A stretch of 64,000 bases of DNA from Raillietiella orientalis (taxonomy: Eukaryota), in NCBI GenBank assembly GCA_036172245.1, contig JAYWIR010000004.1, positions 372,001 through 436,000 of the forward strand, given 5' to 3'. The notes beneath the pieces were generated by a model. It made no database searches, had not been told where the DNA came from, and worked only from the letters and a program-made list of their open reading frames with translations. Of this stretch, positions 35,141 to 48,999 are shown one piece after another (the stretch's first letter is position 1; each line of letters starts with the position of its first letter). The position numbers and the translations under genes were made by a program.

Positions 35141-37999
35141 TAAGATGGGGAATCTTGAAACAAGGAACTGCAAACTGTGGTATGGTGGTGGACTGTGTTT
35201 CCGATATGAACTGCAGTGGCTTACTGTTCACATCAAGGTTGCAGTATCAATTCCGTTTAACACTCTTACATGAACTATTCATACCGCCTAGGAAAACAAA
35301 TGCTTTAATGACCAATCACTAGAAGTTCTTATCTGCATTCATGGGATTGCTGATTTAAATTATCACCTCTAGCATACTTCTTTAAAGCCTGTGATGCAAA
35401 ATGGAATTATTTCAGGTTATTTTGATAAAATATCATCGAGCACTTTGTCATTCTTCATTGTATGCGTTTTACTTTACCATTCATGCTCCATGTGCGTAAC
35501 ACAATGCTTCTGTGGCCGGATTCGGAATTTCACCATGCAAGCAGGGGATGCTAAAATCGACCACCACCACAAAACACAAATGCGAGGCAGCAAAACAGCA
35601 GGCGACTTTCTCAAGCTTTGTATGAATGGTACCGATTTAATGAATTTTAAGTGCGCGCAGTCGAAATGTGTCAACACTTGGCATGCTGCTAACTTTCGGA
35701 TCAAGACCGATTAAAAATTCACAACTCCGTACGTGCGATCACGGCGGTGGCACTCGTGCTATCCGTATTTTCGTCACTTTTTTTTTTCCCCCCCCCCCCT
35801 CCCATGCCTCCTCACACGTCCTGCGTCCATGAATTCACGAATCAAAGAGGCGAGAAAACACCTCCCGTGGGAGAACCACCGAGGAGGACTCATACCCGTC
35901 GAACCACCACCACCACCAACACACGGCGAAGACGTGTTCTTCAAGTGCCTCCTTTTCGCAACAGTTCTGCGACTTCTTATGAAGCAGCTACGTCAACCTA
36001 CATCGCATGCTGAGTAATAGTTCTCTCTCTCACATGTGGTGCTGTACATCAAAAAACTTTGCAGCAGAAGCGGAACGAATCTTTGAAACTTAAAACTGGA
36101 GGGGGGAGGGGGGGATTTTTCGATTCCGATTTGGCAAAAAAAAAAAAAAATTCTCCTTTCGGAAGATCGGGGCGGATTGCTTGGATCCGGAACGATCTGG
36201 TTCTTTGTTGCAGGGGATCCATCACGGATTCTGAAGGAAAGAAAGCAGGAAAAAAAAAACACAAAAAAAAACACAGATCTTCAAAATCCTAGCAATAGGA
36301 AATACCGTTGTACGTGTAATGCATACAGGAATTTTTTTTCCTCCCTCCCTTAATTTCTAGGGTTCCGTTCACGTGGAGAACCGTTGATGTTCACCACCAT
36401 CTGAAGTGCAGGAATTGTCGTGTTGCAGGTACTTGGGAAAGAGCTGGGGAGATCCGCGGTTTCAGAACACGTCAGACGAGGAAACTTCCGTTTCGTTAAG
36501 AACTGTAATCACTGCGATTCATGATTTCATACAAGCGAGATAAAAAGGAACTGTGAGGAGTTCTGAGGCTTTTTAAACAAAATCAACAATAAAGAACATT
36601 CGCTTGAAGATTGATGCGGCTTAAGCTGTAAAACTTGCAAGATACATAACGATTCATTTGCCTTCAAAATCGATTAATCAATCCTATCTCCCAAAATGGT
36701 CTCCCACATTCTGGGGATGAAAAACAAATTCTGCATTCTGTACAAGCCGATTGTGGTGGCGGGGGAGGAGGGGGGGGTATACGGATTTTGACTCGGCGTG
36801 AAAGCGTGATACGCTGATTACTGGCGATTACTGATTTCATTTGCTGTCTTTTAGCCGTTTTAGTATTTTATTTACTGTTTCTCAGCTCTGGTTTAGAATT
36901 CCGTTTTACTTTCAACTATTTTTATCTTGTATTCACTGTGTAGACAAACGATTCTTATGCAAAAGAGCGCAATACACAAAATGTAAAAGTACTTTTATTC
37001 TTTTGCACGCATGGAAATATTTTTAAATCGATTTTTTTTTTAAATCCCAGCAGACGTCTGATTTTTTTTTTGTTGTTGTTCAAGTCTGATACTTTGTTTT
37101 TCGAATTTCCGGCTTCTCCGCGTTTTTATATCTATTTTGTTCTTTGGATAGTTCTCAACAGTTTCTTTATCGAGCGTTAAATGTAATCCAGTTTAGGATA
37201 TGGAAGCGTTTTTAAAACAGTGAAAGTGTGTGAAATTGAATAAACCAATTACAACTTTAAAATTAGGCGCACAGAAGAGGAATAAAGAATACAAGTTACT
37301 GGCAATTGTGAAATAACATTAGAACTCATCATCGGATCTTATTATCCTTTGATTTTAACATCGACGAATGCCAAGTGACGAAGATTCTTCTTTTGCCAAA
37401 GAAAAAAAAAAAAAAAAAAACGTGCACTTTAGATATCAGCATTGCATTCTTTCTTGCGTGGCGCACTTTCTTGACCAAAAAGGCACCATTTCAAAACATG
37501 CGGTGCAGACTGAAAGCTCTTGGTCTTTGAAGTTAAGCGTGACGCAAAATTAATTGTGCATCACTTCGAGCGAATCGATGCTCAGAAGGTTATCTCTAAG
37601 ATAAATCAGGTATCAGTGGCGATAAGCAATTTCACACTTTGAGGAATCCACTGAATGAAGTCTCCGACCTGCAGGTTATAATTCTGACTTGACGAGGGAG
37701 CCCTTCCCCCCCCCCCCCCCCAAATGAAGATTTTTCGAAAGGGTTTTGCATTTTCATTTAAATGCTCCTTCGGGTAAAAACTTTGATTTTCTGCGCCGGT
37801 CTTGCTGGCAAACAAAAACAAATCGAGCATTCATCTGACTAATGGGACGCTTTCAGAGTGCTTCTGTTTCCAGAATACGAAAGGAGAATTTAAAGTACGT
37901 CTGCAGAATGGTTAGATTCCAGAAATCAAGATAGGAGAAGGTCCACTTGCGCTTACAAATAGAGGATGTTGGCAATTTTCAAGTATTCGTTATTCTTGG

Positions 38000-40150
38000 T
38001 GCTTATTTTCTGGAAACAAAAAATTCCATAAAATGCCCTTCGTGTCAGAACTTAGTCATCATATAAGGCCCGCACAGTTGAAAAAGCAATGGCAGAAGGT
38101 CGCCAAAGTGGCTGAGTTCCTAGTAGAAAATTCTTGGGAAATATCGAGACTTTCAAAACTGTGAAAATAGATTTCCCGTCTAAAGCATTTACATATAATT
38201 AACACACATATATATAATCTCGGATCGTATTTAATATCCATGGCAATCAATATTCTATAAGTGTTATGCAGTTGGAATCGCCTCTGTGCACAATGTCTGT
38301 GGATTCAAGCAGTTGATTCAAACACGCGTCTTTCGTGCATCATTTCACACCTATTTTCATCATGCATTTATGGGCATCTGAACATCTATCTAACCCTTCA
38401 CCCAGATGGTAACGAACTATCCGTGATGTAACTTACCTAATCACCTGTGCAAGTCTATGCAGTAAATATGGTTCAATTTAAAAAGGAGATGGATGGTTAA
38501 TCTCGTAGAACCTTTACGAAAGTGAAAGTTCCAACTAAGTTTTTGGCTTCCTAAAAAGTTAAGATGCAGCATTTTCCGCGTTTTTCTCTTTAAACTCTCG
38601 TTGTTGTTCTTTGAAAAGGAAAAAAGCTTCTGCACCAGAGAAAAATGCAAATTCATCCATGCTTTGCAAGTGTTACAAGAAATCTCTGGTTTGGTAAATA
38701 AGCCCCTCCAATTGTGTAATCCGAAGAATAAATGCCATCAAGTAGTCGCAATCGGTTAAGTAATTAAATGAATCTCTTCGAAAGGCTGCTCTTTGATTCC
38801 AGATGCATGTATCTACGTAGAATCATAATAATAAATTCTTCTCTGAGATAGCTGCTATGGCTATCTGCAAAAGGTTGCTTTATACACATACATCTATTCA
38901 GCAGTAGGTCTATGATCTGAAAAGTGAAAAGCAAAAGTAGCAAAGATGGGAAAAAACCTTTCTCATCATCATATACGCATACTAGAATAAAAGGATGATG
39001 GTTAGGTACAGTTGGCCAAAGCACCTGAGTACGTGAAATGCTGGAAATCATAACACAGCTCGAATCATCTTCAATAATCGGGGACAGCAAATTCTGTGTT
39101 TTCAAAAGCGTCAGGCATTTTACTCCAGCATCCGGACGAAAGTATCTTTTGTCAAACGTAAAGGAATCATCCACCCAAGTTCGTACAATCCCCTTTGTTA
39201 TTTTGCGAATGAATAGTACTCTTTTTCCTTTCTTTTCTTCCTATCGAACATATCCACCTTAATGCCACTTTGCAAGGCATCGTTTTCCTTTTTTTTTTTT
39301 TTTTTTCCATCTGCTGCTTTGTCATTTTTTTGCAAGGCTACTCTGATACCTCGGTCCTTTATCCAGGACTGATTGTTCGTTACCTCTTTCATATTTTTTT
39401 ATTCCTTTGTTCCCAACCTCCGACATCCAACAGCATCATTACCGTGGTGACCACTAAGCACGAAGCATCTCCCAGAGTCCAAATTCGGTCCTTCATCAGT
39501 TTCGTGAATGAATTAGCAAAACGACGAAAAACCGGGATCTCTGGTAAAGCAGGCTGCAGATCGTCTGACTGGCAGGTGAATGGTTCCGGAGCTTTGGAAC
39601 AGTAGACGGAATGTATAAATTTATTCCAGCTGGTTTTTTTTGTGCCTCCCGGCATCCCCGATTTTTTTCCAGACATTCAATAGCCAAAAACTTACGCAGT
39701 TCGTGAAAGCGAGAAGAGGAAAGCACATGCATATAAATGTGTGCACGTGGAGCGCGGCATGCTGCCCATGTTTTCCAGAGTCCACCGTAGCGGTAGTCTT
39801 TTTTTCTTTTCTTCAATGGAACGGTGGGAATTTTAGGGAAACGGAAAGCGTGTCTTTTTTTCCTCCCGGAGTGTGCCTTCCTTCCGAATTCGGGAAGTGC
39901 ATCTCAAGGTATTCTCTCGCAAATTAGAACTTTGCTCGTTACGCACCCATGAACCTGGGCAACGGTCAGAAACCGTGATCCTTGCAGATTGCATTCTGTT
40001 GGTGCCAACTGTTGATGCGCTTGCCATCACCTTTTTTCTCTTCGCCTTCCTTCGTTCAATAAGCAAAATGATTCGTCGTCACTTGGTACGTTATGGACAA
40101 ACGGTGAACATGTGTAACAGGAGGTAGCCGAAAAAAGGGAACAAACGAGT
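38000..40150 (-). pseudogene. NACHT NTPase (NLR-like) fossil
   Basis: LIERRKAKRK (Walker A position, ~40050), KKSGMPGGTKKTSW (cf. K.LLP...LITSR, ~39630-39670), EIPVF (cf. EI.GF, ~39530) and YDFQHFTYSGALA (cf. Y.F.HLT.QEFLAA, 39014-39052). Confidence 0.5.
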
Positions 40151-41099
40151 GTGCATTCCCGTTCGCCTCGGTGGTGTCTCCTGAATTCCCTCCCCCTTTC
40201 TGCCTCCTCTGCTAAAGCTCGTAAGCCCAGGTGCTGACAGCGAGAGGGCGCGCAGAAAGGCCACAAAAACCAACCACATAATCGCAGATGTGAAAAATGC
40301 AGATGCTGCGATTACACCGAATACGCGGTGATTAGGCAATTTTGAATTTTTAGCCTCTTCTGAAGGACGGCCGCAGGTGCTTTCGTTCTTCCATGCCTCC
40401 TTCCCTTCCTCCTCCTCTGCAGCATCCACGACCTGCAATCACCGCGCACCCGAACCGGCGTGTCCTCCCTCGGGTTCGCGGGCGTTCGGCCATGCAGTTG
40501 GCGGGAAAACCACCGCAGGTGGTGGACGCGTGCGTAGCGGGTGCGAGACGGTGAACTTCGTGGCGGCCAGTCGTTTCTTTCAACTCTCACGCGCGCGAGT
40601 AGGGAAGAGTTCTCTCGCGCGCGATCCTGCGCTTGGAATGGAGTCGTTCTATCTGTCTGCCAAGTTCAGGTACTTCGTTCTCGACTCCTAAAACCTGGGA
40701 CGTCTCGAAACACCTTGAGCTACATTTCCTATGTATCTTCGTCCGCATCTGCGTGCGGTGTACGAGCTTCTGAACATTTGCTCTCATAAAACACACGCAC
40801 ACACACATGTGCAATGCGCATGCATGAAGAATTCTGTGTACCTGCCAATACACGTTATTCTGTGTGCGCTTGCGCGGAAGCAACCAATACCGCATTGAAC
40901 AGTGTGCTTTTGCTTTTGTTTTTTACCCTGTATACATGCGCGTGCATGTGTATCGTATGAAGTAGGGTCACCCTCGCATCTCTCGCATCTTTCTTATGAG
41001 GGTCGTCGTTTTGCAAGTGCGTGTGTATTTAGGCACGGGGACGGGGATGCTCGCCGCGCGTAGAGATGGAGATGGTGGACCAACGACGACGGGTGCGCC

Positions 41100-44000
41100 G
41101 TACGAAAGAGCGCTAGCAGCGAATGACGGCGACCCTTAAGTGCCCTGCATCGCGTAAGAGCCGCGTCCTTGAGGAGGGCGTGACGAAGGAGCAGCGGTGC
41201 TCGGGTTGCGCCCATCTTCCTACCAGGACGGGGTTCCTTGACCTACATCGGAGCGGACGGGGCGCGTGCCTGTTAGGGGGCGCGTCAGCATACGCGGAAG
41301 AGGCGGCGAAGCGCGTTTCCGTGGACGAACACGCCGCGCCACACCTCCGCGCACCGCCCATGCGCTCGCCTCTGCCGCCAACGCTCAGTGTGGTCGCGCT
41401 GCAACCACCACTAAGGGCGACGCCTACCATCCGCGGGACTCGCGCGACCGTGGTGGCAGCGGGCGGATTGCACCGCGGGCAGGGAGGGCGAGATGGTCGG
41501 CGCCACCGAGGCGCGTCCCTCCTCGAGGACGCAATGTACGGCACCACCTCCGTGAATCACGTAGGCGAGGAGGCGAGGAAAGAATGAGAGGCAGGGGGAA
41601 TGCGTGGAGAGGTGGAGCAGGGCGGGCCTTCCCTCCTTGTCCTCCCCGCCCCTTCCCTGGCCCCAAAGATCGTCGCGACCCTGCGTGCCCACGTGACTCA
41701 GTCGGATCTGCAAGGACGGCTGCCGCCGACCCGACTGATGCGTACAGCAGGAAAAAGAGTCGCCCAGCGGCGCAATCCCATGGGAGCCGAGGTCAGGAGT
41801 GGAGGGCGTTCGCAAGGGGACCCAGAGTCGGTCCCTCAGGAGTCCTCCTACCCGCGAAGGGTTTTGCAGGGACGAGCCCTTTCGTCGTCGACTCAGTTTG
41901 GCCACGGCTGAGGAGGAGTAGGTGGAGAGGAGGGGGGGGGGAGACAACGGAAACTGGGAAATGCTGCACCCCCCTGGGAGCGATCGTCGGAGATGGGAGA
42001 TCGGTGAACTGCTGGGGGACAGCAGCACATCAGCCTGAACTCCTGCAGTCGACGACGGTAACTTGAGGTGCCTGCGCGGTAGGGATCCTCACTCGCTCGC
42101 CTCGGGATCTCCCCATTCACTTCCCCTCACGCGCCCCCAGTTCTGCTGCGGGCCGCAATAACAAGCGACGGCAAGCGGAGCGTCTGGAGGCGGTTCCCGA
42201 AATCCTGGAATCCTCCCGCTTCGCCTCTGGGTCCCTCCTCTTACTGGCGAATCGGGTGCGGTGTTCCCCTCGACCCCGTCGGGCAGCGGTGCCGACTGCG
42301 ACGAAGACCGCGCTCGCGTCCACGCCGGGTGGAGGGCAGGGGAGGAGGAGGGAACCATGCGAACGAGCGGTTCCTTCTTCCCCGATCGGCTCCTCACCTC
42401 CGGAGGGTACTCCTCCGACCGGAAGAAGACGACGACGACGACGACGCTCACTGCCTGAGGCCGGCAGTGACTCTTCCCTCTCCAATCCTCCTCTCTCCTT
42501 CCATCGCCTCGCCCGAGCGTGCCCCGGGGCAGATGCCCTCAACCCCCCCACTCCTCGAGCCTTCCCGCTCAGGCACCTCGCGGGTTACCTGGCTCTCCTC
42601 CATGAGACGGCTGCCTCCTCGCATTCTCTCCGGGCTCTTCCTAACAGGCAGCCTCCTCTCCTGTTTTTCTGAGACCTCCTTTCGCTTTGGAAGGTTGAGT
42701 ACCTTCCTCCGTCCGTGAGGCGTCATGGCGACCGGATCGCTCGGCCTCTTCCGGGGGTGAGTGGATGGATGGGTTCCCGGGCTGAGCGGCGTGCCGCACC
42801 CCATCCCCTCCGCTCCTCCCGCGTGGGGTAGTGGTGGTGAGCGTGAGGAGCGATCGTCCTCCTAGCCCTCCGCCCCCGGAAGACCGCCTCCGGGTAAGTC
42901 TCTTTCAGGGACTCTCCTCCTCTGCGGCCTCGGGTCGTTAGCGGGAGGGACCGTCTCTAGGCTTCCCGCTCCCCTTTCTGAACGAACCTCGCGCGTCCCT
43001 CTTGCTCCCGTACCCACGGCGACCGGAGGGCAGAGCTTCTCGCGGCTCTCCCTCTCACTCGTCCTCTCTTTCTTCCGGGACGATGGGCATGCATCGTCTT
43101 CCAGCCTATTCTCTGGGAGGGACTGCTGCCGCGTCTGCTTCCCTTCACTCAGGAGACATTCCTCGGTTCACGCCGTTCGCATCCGTCATCGCCATGGGAA
43201 CGGCCGCCGCTCAGCGAAGCGCGGGATGGTCTGCGGACCGTCTCCGCTTTCGTTCCCGCGTCTCTTTGACCTCCCGATCGCACCCCACTGCACGGCGCCA
43301 GGGAGCTCCCAGCGAGCCCGTGCGGTTGGAAAAGAGCGCTCTCCTGTGGCGAAAAGGCGAAGCGATGGGGCGTGCTTGTGCGCAGACCTCGTGCCAACGC
43401 GCGCGCGACGCTCCCGCTCGCGCAGTCACCCACCCACGTCCCTGTCCAGGCACCTGAGCACACGTGGCGGTTCGGGTCTTTTTCTGGAGCAGGAGATGAA
43501 TGGGCCCCGCTGCGGGAGAGAGAGAGGTAAGCCCTCCTACGGCATTGGTGAGGCACTCGCTGCGCCATGCCGCTCCTCGAAGTGGCAGAGAACCTCAGGG
43601 AATCTTTCTTGTCCACCCTTCCATGTGCATTTCGGGGAGGAAGGAAAGAGGGAAGGAGTTGATCTCTTGGTGCCGCGGGTGCGCAGGCAGCCGCGCGCCG
43701 GGCAAGGGCACGAGGACCGGGAGTGGTTTGGTAGCTCGCGAGTGGGAGCCCTGGGCCACGTAGGTTGGTGGTCGAGGTGGCAAGGCGGGTGGAGTCGCGC
43801 CCAGGGTTTCTCTGTTCCTGGCTTCCGGATGGCCGGGGGAGGAAGATCCTGATCCGGTTTTTTTTTTTGGTGCTGGGACTCGATGTGCTTCCGCCACTGG
43901 GCTGGAGCGCTCGCGAGCGGGAAGCGGCTCAGAGAACGAAACCTCCAGGGATTCGTCTTCGTTTACGATCTACCTCGAAGGATGCAGGGAGTGGAGAGCA

Positions 44001-44330
44001 AAGTGAGGGGAGGGAGGGGAAATGGAAATGGGATAGCGTTTGGGGAGTCGCGCGGCGAGGTCTCCCAAGTCACCCACCGGAGTCTTAGCGTCCCCTCGGA
44101 TGCCACGCGGGATCCGAAATGGAATGCTGCAGCACTGAACTTCGTCCACAATTCCAGGAGACGAAGCGCATTCCCCTGCCCTGCGCACTCCTGCTCTCGA
44201 TCCTTGGGACCGCCAGAGTGCTCCTGCGGTATCAGCATGGGATTTAAGAGCAGCAGCCGCTTCTCCGGCGCCTCACAAGACCTAAGACTGCCCCCGGCGC
44301 TCACCGTTGTCGTCTTTGATTAACGAAGTC
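41100..44330 (+). mobile_element. Decayed DIRS-like retrotransposon
   Basis: RT (~41520-41700): SLLEDAM, RAFPP, PKIVATLRAH. RNase H (~43180-43240): ASVIAMG, WSAD. MT-like (~43660): DLLVPRVRRQPR. Confidence 0.45.
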
Positions 44331-45199
44331 TCTCAGGGAGTTTTGGCTCCCCTGGAGCACCCGGAAGGATTTCGTGCATCACCAGGCCTTGGTCCTTGCT
44401 GAGTGTCAGGAGAAACTTGAGATCGTTTGTGGGCTTTCCGACCAGATTCCCGACCTTCCCTTGAAATTCTTTCAACCGGCTTATCAGCTTATCTTCCAGA
44501 AGCGGGGAACGGCGCTTCATTGGTGATCCATGCCCGGGCAATGGACGACGGATCTTCGAGTGGCTGCTGGCAGCATCGAGCGGGGAGGCGGTTCGCCGAG
44601 AGCAGCGGGAGAGGTGCGCAAAACTCTTCAAAGTCATACGCGTCATGCAGACCTCGACGGCTCCATCGCAACTTCCTGGCGCCTTTGGGATTCCCATTCT
44701 CTGTTTACAAAGTGCTCCGACGGGGAATGCAACCGGCGGAGGGGCATCAGGAGTCCCCACATGGCTCACCCTCAGACCGGGACCTCGTCACCTTCTCTTC
44801 CTCCTCCTCCTCCTGGACGACTTCGTCCCAGACGATCTCTCACCTTGCGCTTCCAAGGATGCGTGTCCTCCAGGATTTTCGGGCATAAACCATTCCTCCT
44901 CTGGAATGCTCTTCCCCGTATCCTTCTTCCCTCGCCACGTCATCGCCGACGACGATCTGGCGCCGATTAGCTTGCGCCGGCGCAGTTGTTCCTCTGGCAA
45001 CGAATCCTCCGTGCCGGCTCTTCCTGCGCTGCATTGCCTCCTCCTCCTCCAGAGTGTCGCGACTGACGGGGTTCGTAGAGGCAAGCGTCCAGTGCGGTCT
45101 CTTCTTCACCCAAGAGCACCAGACCCAGTCAAAGCTTGGACTCTATCCCTGGAATGTGCTGGTTAGAGGTCATTAGCTCCTAGGTTTCTCGGAAAGCTC

Positions 45200-48100
45200 T
45201 CTTATCCGTTCTGTAGGTTTATCGTGTCTCTTGGGTGTTGTATTAACTACCAGTGTTGGGAAAGAGGTCGGCACCACCATTTTTCTGGCCTTGATTTTTA
45301 TTTAGGGAGTCTCTTTGAGATCTCTATTACCTTCCATGCGTTTGATCAGTCGCTGAGGATATAAGGGGGCCAAGCTTGCTTTCTCGGAAAGCTCTGCAGC
45401 ATGGTATCGAAGTTCCGAGAGCTGGGTCACGTATGAAAGTGGCATTATTTTCTTCCCCTGGTCTCTGCTAGATGTTCAGTTGCAATCACCATTGCTTCTG
45501 CAGTGCGGCCATCCTCTCTGTACATCTAATCCATGCCATGAGCGGCTGGTCTCCCGTTCTTTTGATGGGGTTGGCTGACAGCATGAGCTCAGTGCGGACG
45601 GTGAAGCATCCTGTGCTCCCGGTAAGTATCTATTGAGTGTTAGATGGCTGTACAGACCATCTCCTTCTTGAGGTGCTTTCAAGATCATTAGCGTTTTGAA
45701 AATATCGATCGCGGCGTCCCATAATCCCAGCTGTTGATGGAATCAGCTATTGCTCTCACGGTTGTCGCGACCCTCTGTGATGCAAAGGAGAAAGTCAGTC
45801 TGCGATATTTGCACCTCTTCTTCTGAGTTGCATCTTCCTTGGAGTGTGTGTTTGTATGGACATGTCATATCCAAGATAACCACCACCATGCCTTCTCTAT
45901 GGAGTTACAAGTTGGGATCACTTCCTGGAATGGGCTGGCTAGCTAGAGATCATCAGATCCCCCTGCTTCTGTGCAACCCTCATTTTGTCCACAAGCTCGT
46001 CATGAGGATCTATGATCATGGTGATGGTGGCAGTAGCTGATGGTCCGACACAGAAACCCCTTCCATGTTCTAAATCTTTTTCAGCCTTTCGGCTCTATTT
46101 CTGGTAGGTGATACACGAGCATGCGGGAGGTTCAGTCAGACTAAATAAATGAATCTGCAGTTCTTCAGCCTCGTGTTCTCCCTGGCCTGAAAAGCGCGAC
46201 GTTGCCCCACTTGGATTCAGAGATTTCCAAGCTTCTCTGCTCTGCGTCATGCTTAGTCTTGCGTTGACCTTCTTATTAACATGTTCGTCAACGGTGACGT
46301 CCTGAAACCTGATCTTCGGCTTTGTATTTCGAAAGCTTCAACTGCTTTTCGGTCGCTTGTATACCTACTGTCCAGATGCTTCTTATATCACCGCTGGGCA
46401 AACCTGACAAGAATTCTCCTGGATCCTCACCTGATACGGCGTAGCTCTTGAAGATGCTTTTAAAATATCGACCACGATATTTTGACGTGTAGGTCGTGAA
46501 AGCAGGATGCGGCGATGCGAGGGGTTTGCGGAGACTGCAAAGTTATATGCCTCATCAGCTGCGTCGGGATGACCTAGACGTTCCTCCTCTCCAATTGGCG
46601 TACACGAAGTTACTGGTTTTCCGGCTTGGTTAGCTGATGCACTTGATCTTTATGAAGCACCTCACACAGAACGCTTCGCCTCTCTATTGACTACAGTTGC
46701 TCTTCCTCGCGTGATGCAAAAAGCTCTTGTGTTGTATGAATATGCGCGCATCGCAGAGTGATAGTCTGCAGAGCATGGAAGCTAAGCAAGGAAGATCATG
46801 GGCGACTTCCTAGGGGTCCGTCCTTGCTTCTCCCCCAGCTCGCAGCTGGTCTTCTCAGGCAACACTCTCTACAATGTCGGAAAAATCTCGGATTTTTTTC
46901 TGCTGAAAGATTCTTCTAGCTTTCCTATGTCACCTTCAGAACAGATGATTTTCCCCATCCACAAAGACCATCTTCCGAAATCACGTCCTTTTGGATCTGC
47001 AGACCTATTTATTTCTGGTGTTGTTGATCAGCTGTCAATTTTTCACCTTCCGTTTCTTGCTCTTCTGTGAGATTCCCATTCGAAGTGGGATGAGCATGTG
47101 TTCTCATGGATGTATGCTTTGTCCGGATGTTGGCGAGAGTGGTTTCGGTTTGGTTCCAGGATCAAAGTTTTCAGTGCTTTTCTTCGCGTTTCCAAGAGAC
47201 GTGCATCTCATACAAGATTCAGAGTCCAAACATGAGGAGTTCCTCGAGACGAAAATCCATCTGAGAAGACTGGAAGTGGGTCCTAAGTCAGGAGCCTTAG
47301 GACCCACTTCCGCATCGAAGTTACGAATGACATTCACCGACCTCGGTCGTGACAGGGCCATAGAGCGAGACAGGGAGGACTTGGGTTGCACGTGCACAAA
47401 ATGCGTGTGTTAGAATGAGGCACTCTAGTCAGCATCTGGACTAAATCCTTAACCCTCCTCATCGCCAGAAAATCCGTCGAAACGGTGGAACTAGTCAAAG
47501 AAGCTGCTCAGAACCAGCTGGAACTGGTGGCCCTGCAGCCAATCAATCCCGTCTCGAAGTTTCGAAGAGATCCAGTGCTTCATAAGAGGAATCGAATGGC
47601 CGCTACGCTTCGGAATATCGGTTACAGCTCTGAGGGAAGCACCACAAAAGGAGGAGAGCAGAGACAGTGAACCGGTGCTCTTCCTGACTTGCCCCTGAGG
47701 TCACAGGCATCTGTCCAAGTGCTGGAGGCAGGTTTCCTGGGGTTCTGGGATCCGAGGAGTCCCAGGCATCTCGGGATCCTCCTCGAGAGCGTTTAGACAC
47801 CTCACGATGTGCATGATGGTCCGTCCCAACACGCGGCGTAGGTGGGACGCATCTCCTGGGTCGTAAGTCGAGGGGGAAGCAGCTGGAACAGTAGCAACGA
47901 TAGGTCTCCGCTGCAGCCGAGCAAGAATGAGTAACCATACCTCCGGTCGGGATGAATGGACCGCGCATATGGTGAGCACTGCTCCCAAGGATCCGCAACG
48001 CTCACCCTTGAGCTTCTGAACGAATCTGGATGGCATCGAGCGACTCCATTGACGTGTTCGCTGAGATGCAGCTTCGCTTACGCTTCAGAGTGCGATTTTC

Positions 48101-48250
48101 TCGTTAGAGAGTTAGAGTCCCGTCTATCTTCGGCGTCTTGGTGCCACTTGCAGATCGCTCTGACTTCAGCGCTCCTTTACATTTCATCGAGCTGTGATTG
48201 GACAGAACCGTCCCTTTCAGTGCACTCATCTCCATGCTCATAAAACGCCT
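45200..48250 (-). mobile_element. Decayed L1/Tx1-like LINE
   Basis: PRLTTQEM (APE LQET-like, ~47860), RKSP (~46805), VVDILKASSR (cf. LD..KAFDR, ~46460) and a G.RQG-region remnant at ~46170. Confidence 0.4.
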
Positions 48251-48999
48251 CAACAGCCTTCTAAATCTCTTCTTCCTTCTTTCTGTTCGTTTTCCTGAAA
48301 GAACGTTTGTTATAGTTTCCTTCCAGCGATCCAGCGGTCCTGGTTTTCCCTATTCTTCCAGCTGAACGCATTATCAGCAGATTAGCGGGAATCTTGTAAA
48401 AGGAGAGGGGGGGGGGGGCGAGGTGATGAACTCGCAGCTGACCTCGTTGCAGCAAACGTGGGACTTTATCTGGTTTCTCTCTCGCTCTTTCCTGGGAGAC
48501 GGGAGGAAAACCCTGAACGTTCGCGCTTGCACCCTACCGGATCAAAAGGTCTGTGGCTGCTGTTTTCGTGGCAGTCTGCAAGAACCCTTCCCCTCCTGCT
48601 GAGGGATCATGAAGCCGGCAACGGGCTGGCGATGAATCTTGGAACCGCGTATCTCTCTCAACTCACGCAGCGCGCGCCCATCGTTCAGCACGATCTCCCC
48701 CGACTCGCCTGATCAGAAAGTACCGAGGTGCCAGCGGAGCGCCAAAAAAGCGCCCACGGGAGTTTGGACTCTTGAGCCCCAGCTCCGTCTTGAGAAGAAT
48801 TGTCGCATCTTCCATCGCTCACGAAATGCGAATGCGTAAATATCTAAGGCATCCTCTCTTGGGCAGAGAGGGGAAAAGGGGGGATTATTTCTTAAGCAGA
48901 AAGTTCGGGAAAGTACTCCTGGAGGACGTTTCCTGCTCCCGTGAGTTCGATTCAATCGGAGCGTTGCGGGGGAGCGTCGATCCACGTGCATCTGCATCA

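Noticed and set aside
36290..36500. Possible small exons with AG/GT boundaries
   Set aside because: No recognisable protein and no consistent gene model could be built.
41123..45166. Many overlapping 100-266 aa ORFs
   Set aside because: Arg/Pro/Gly-rich shadow frames typical of GC-rich decayed repeats.
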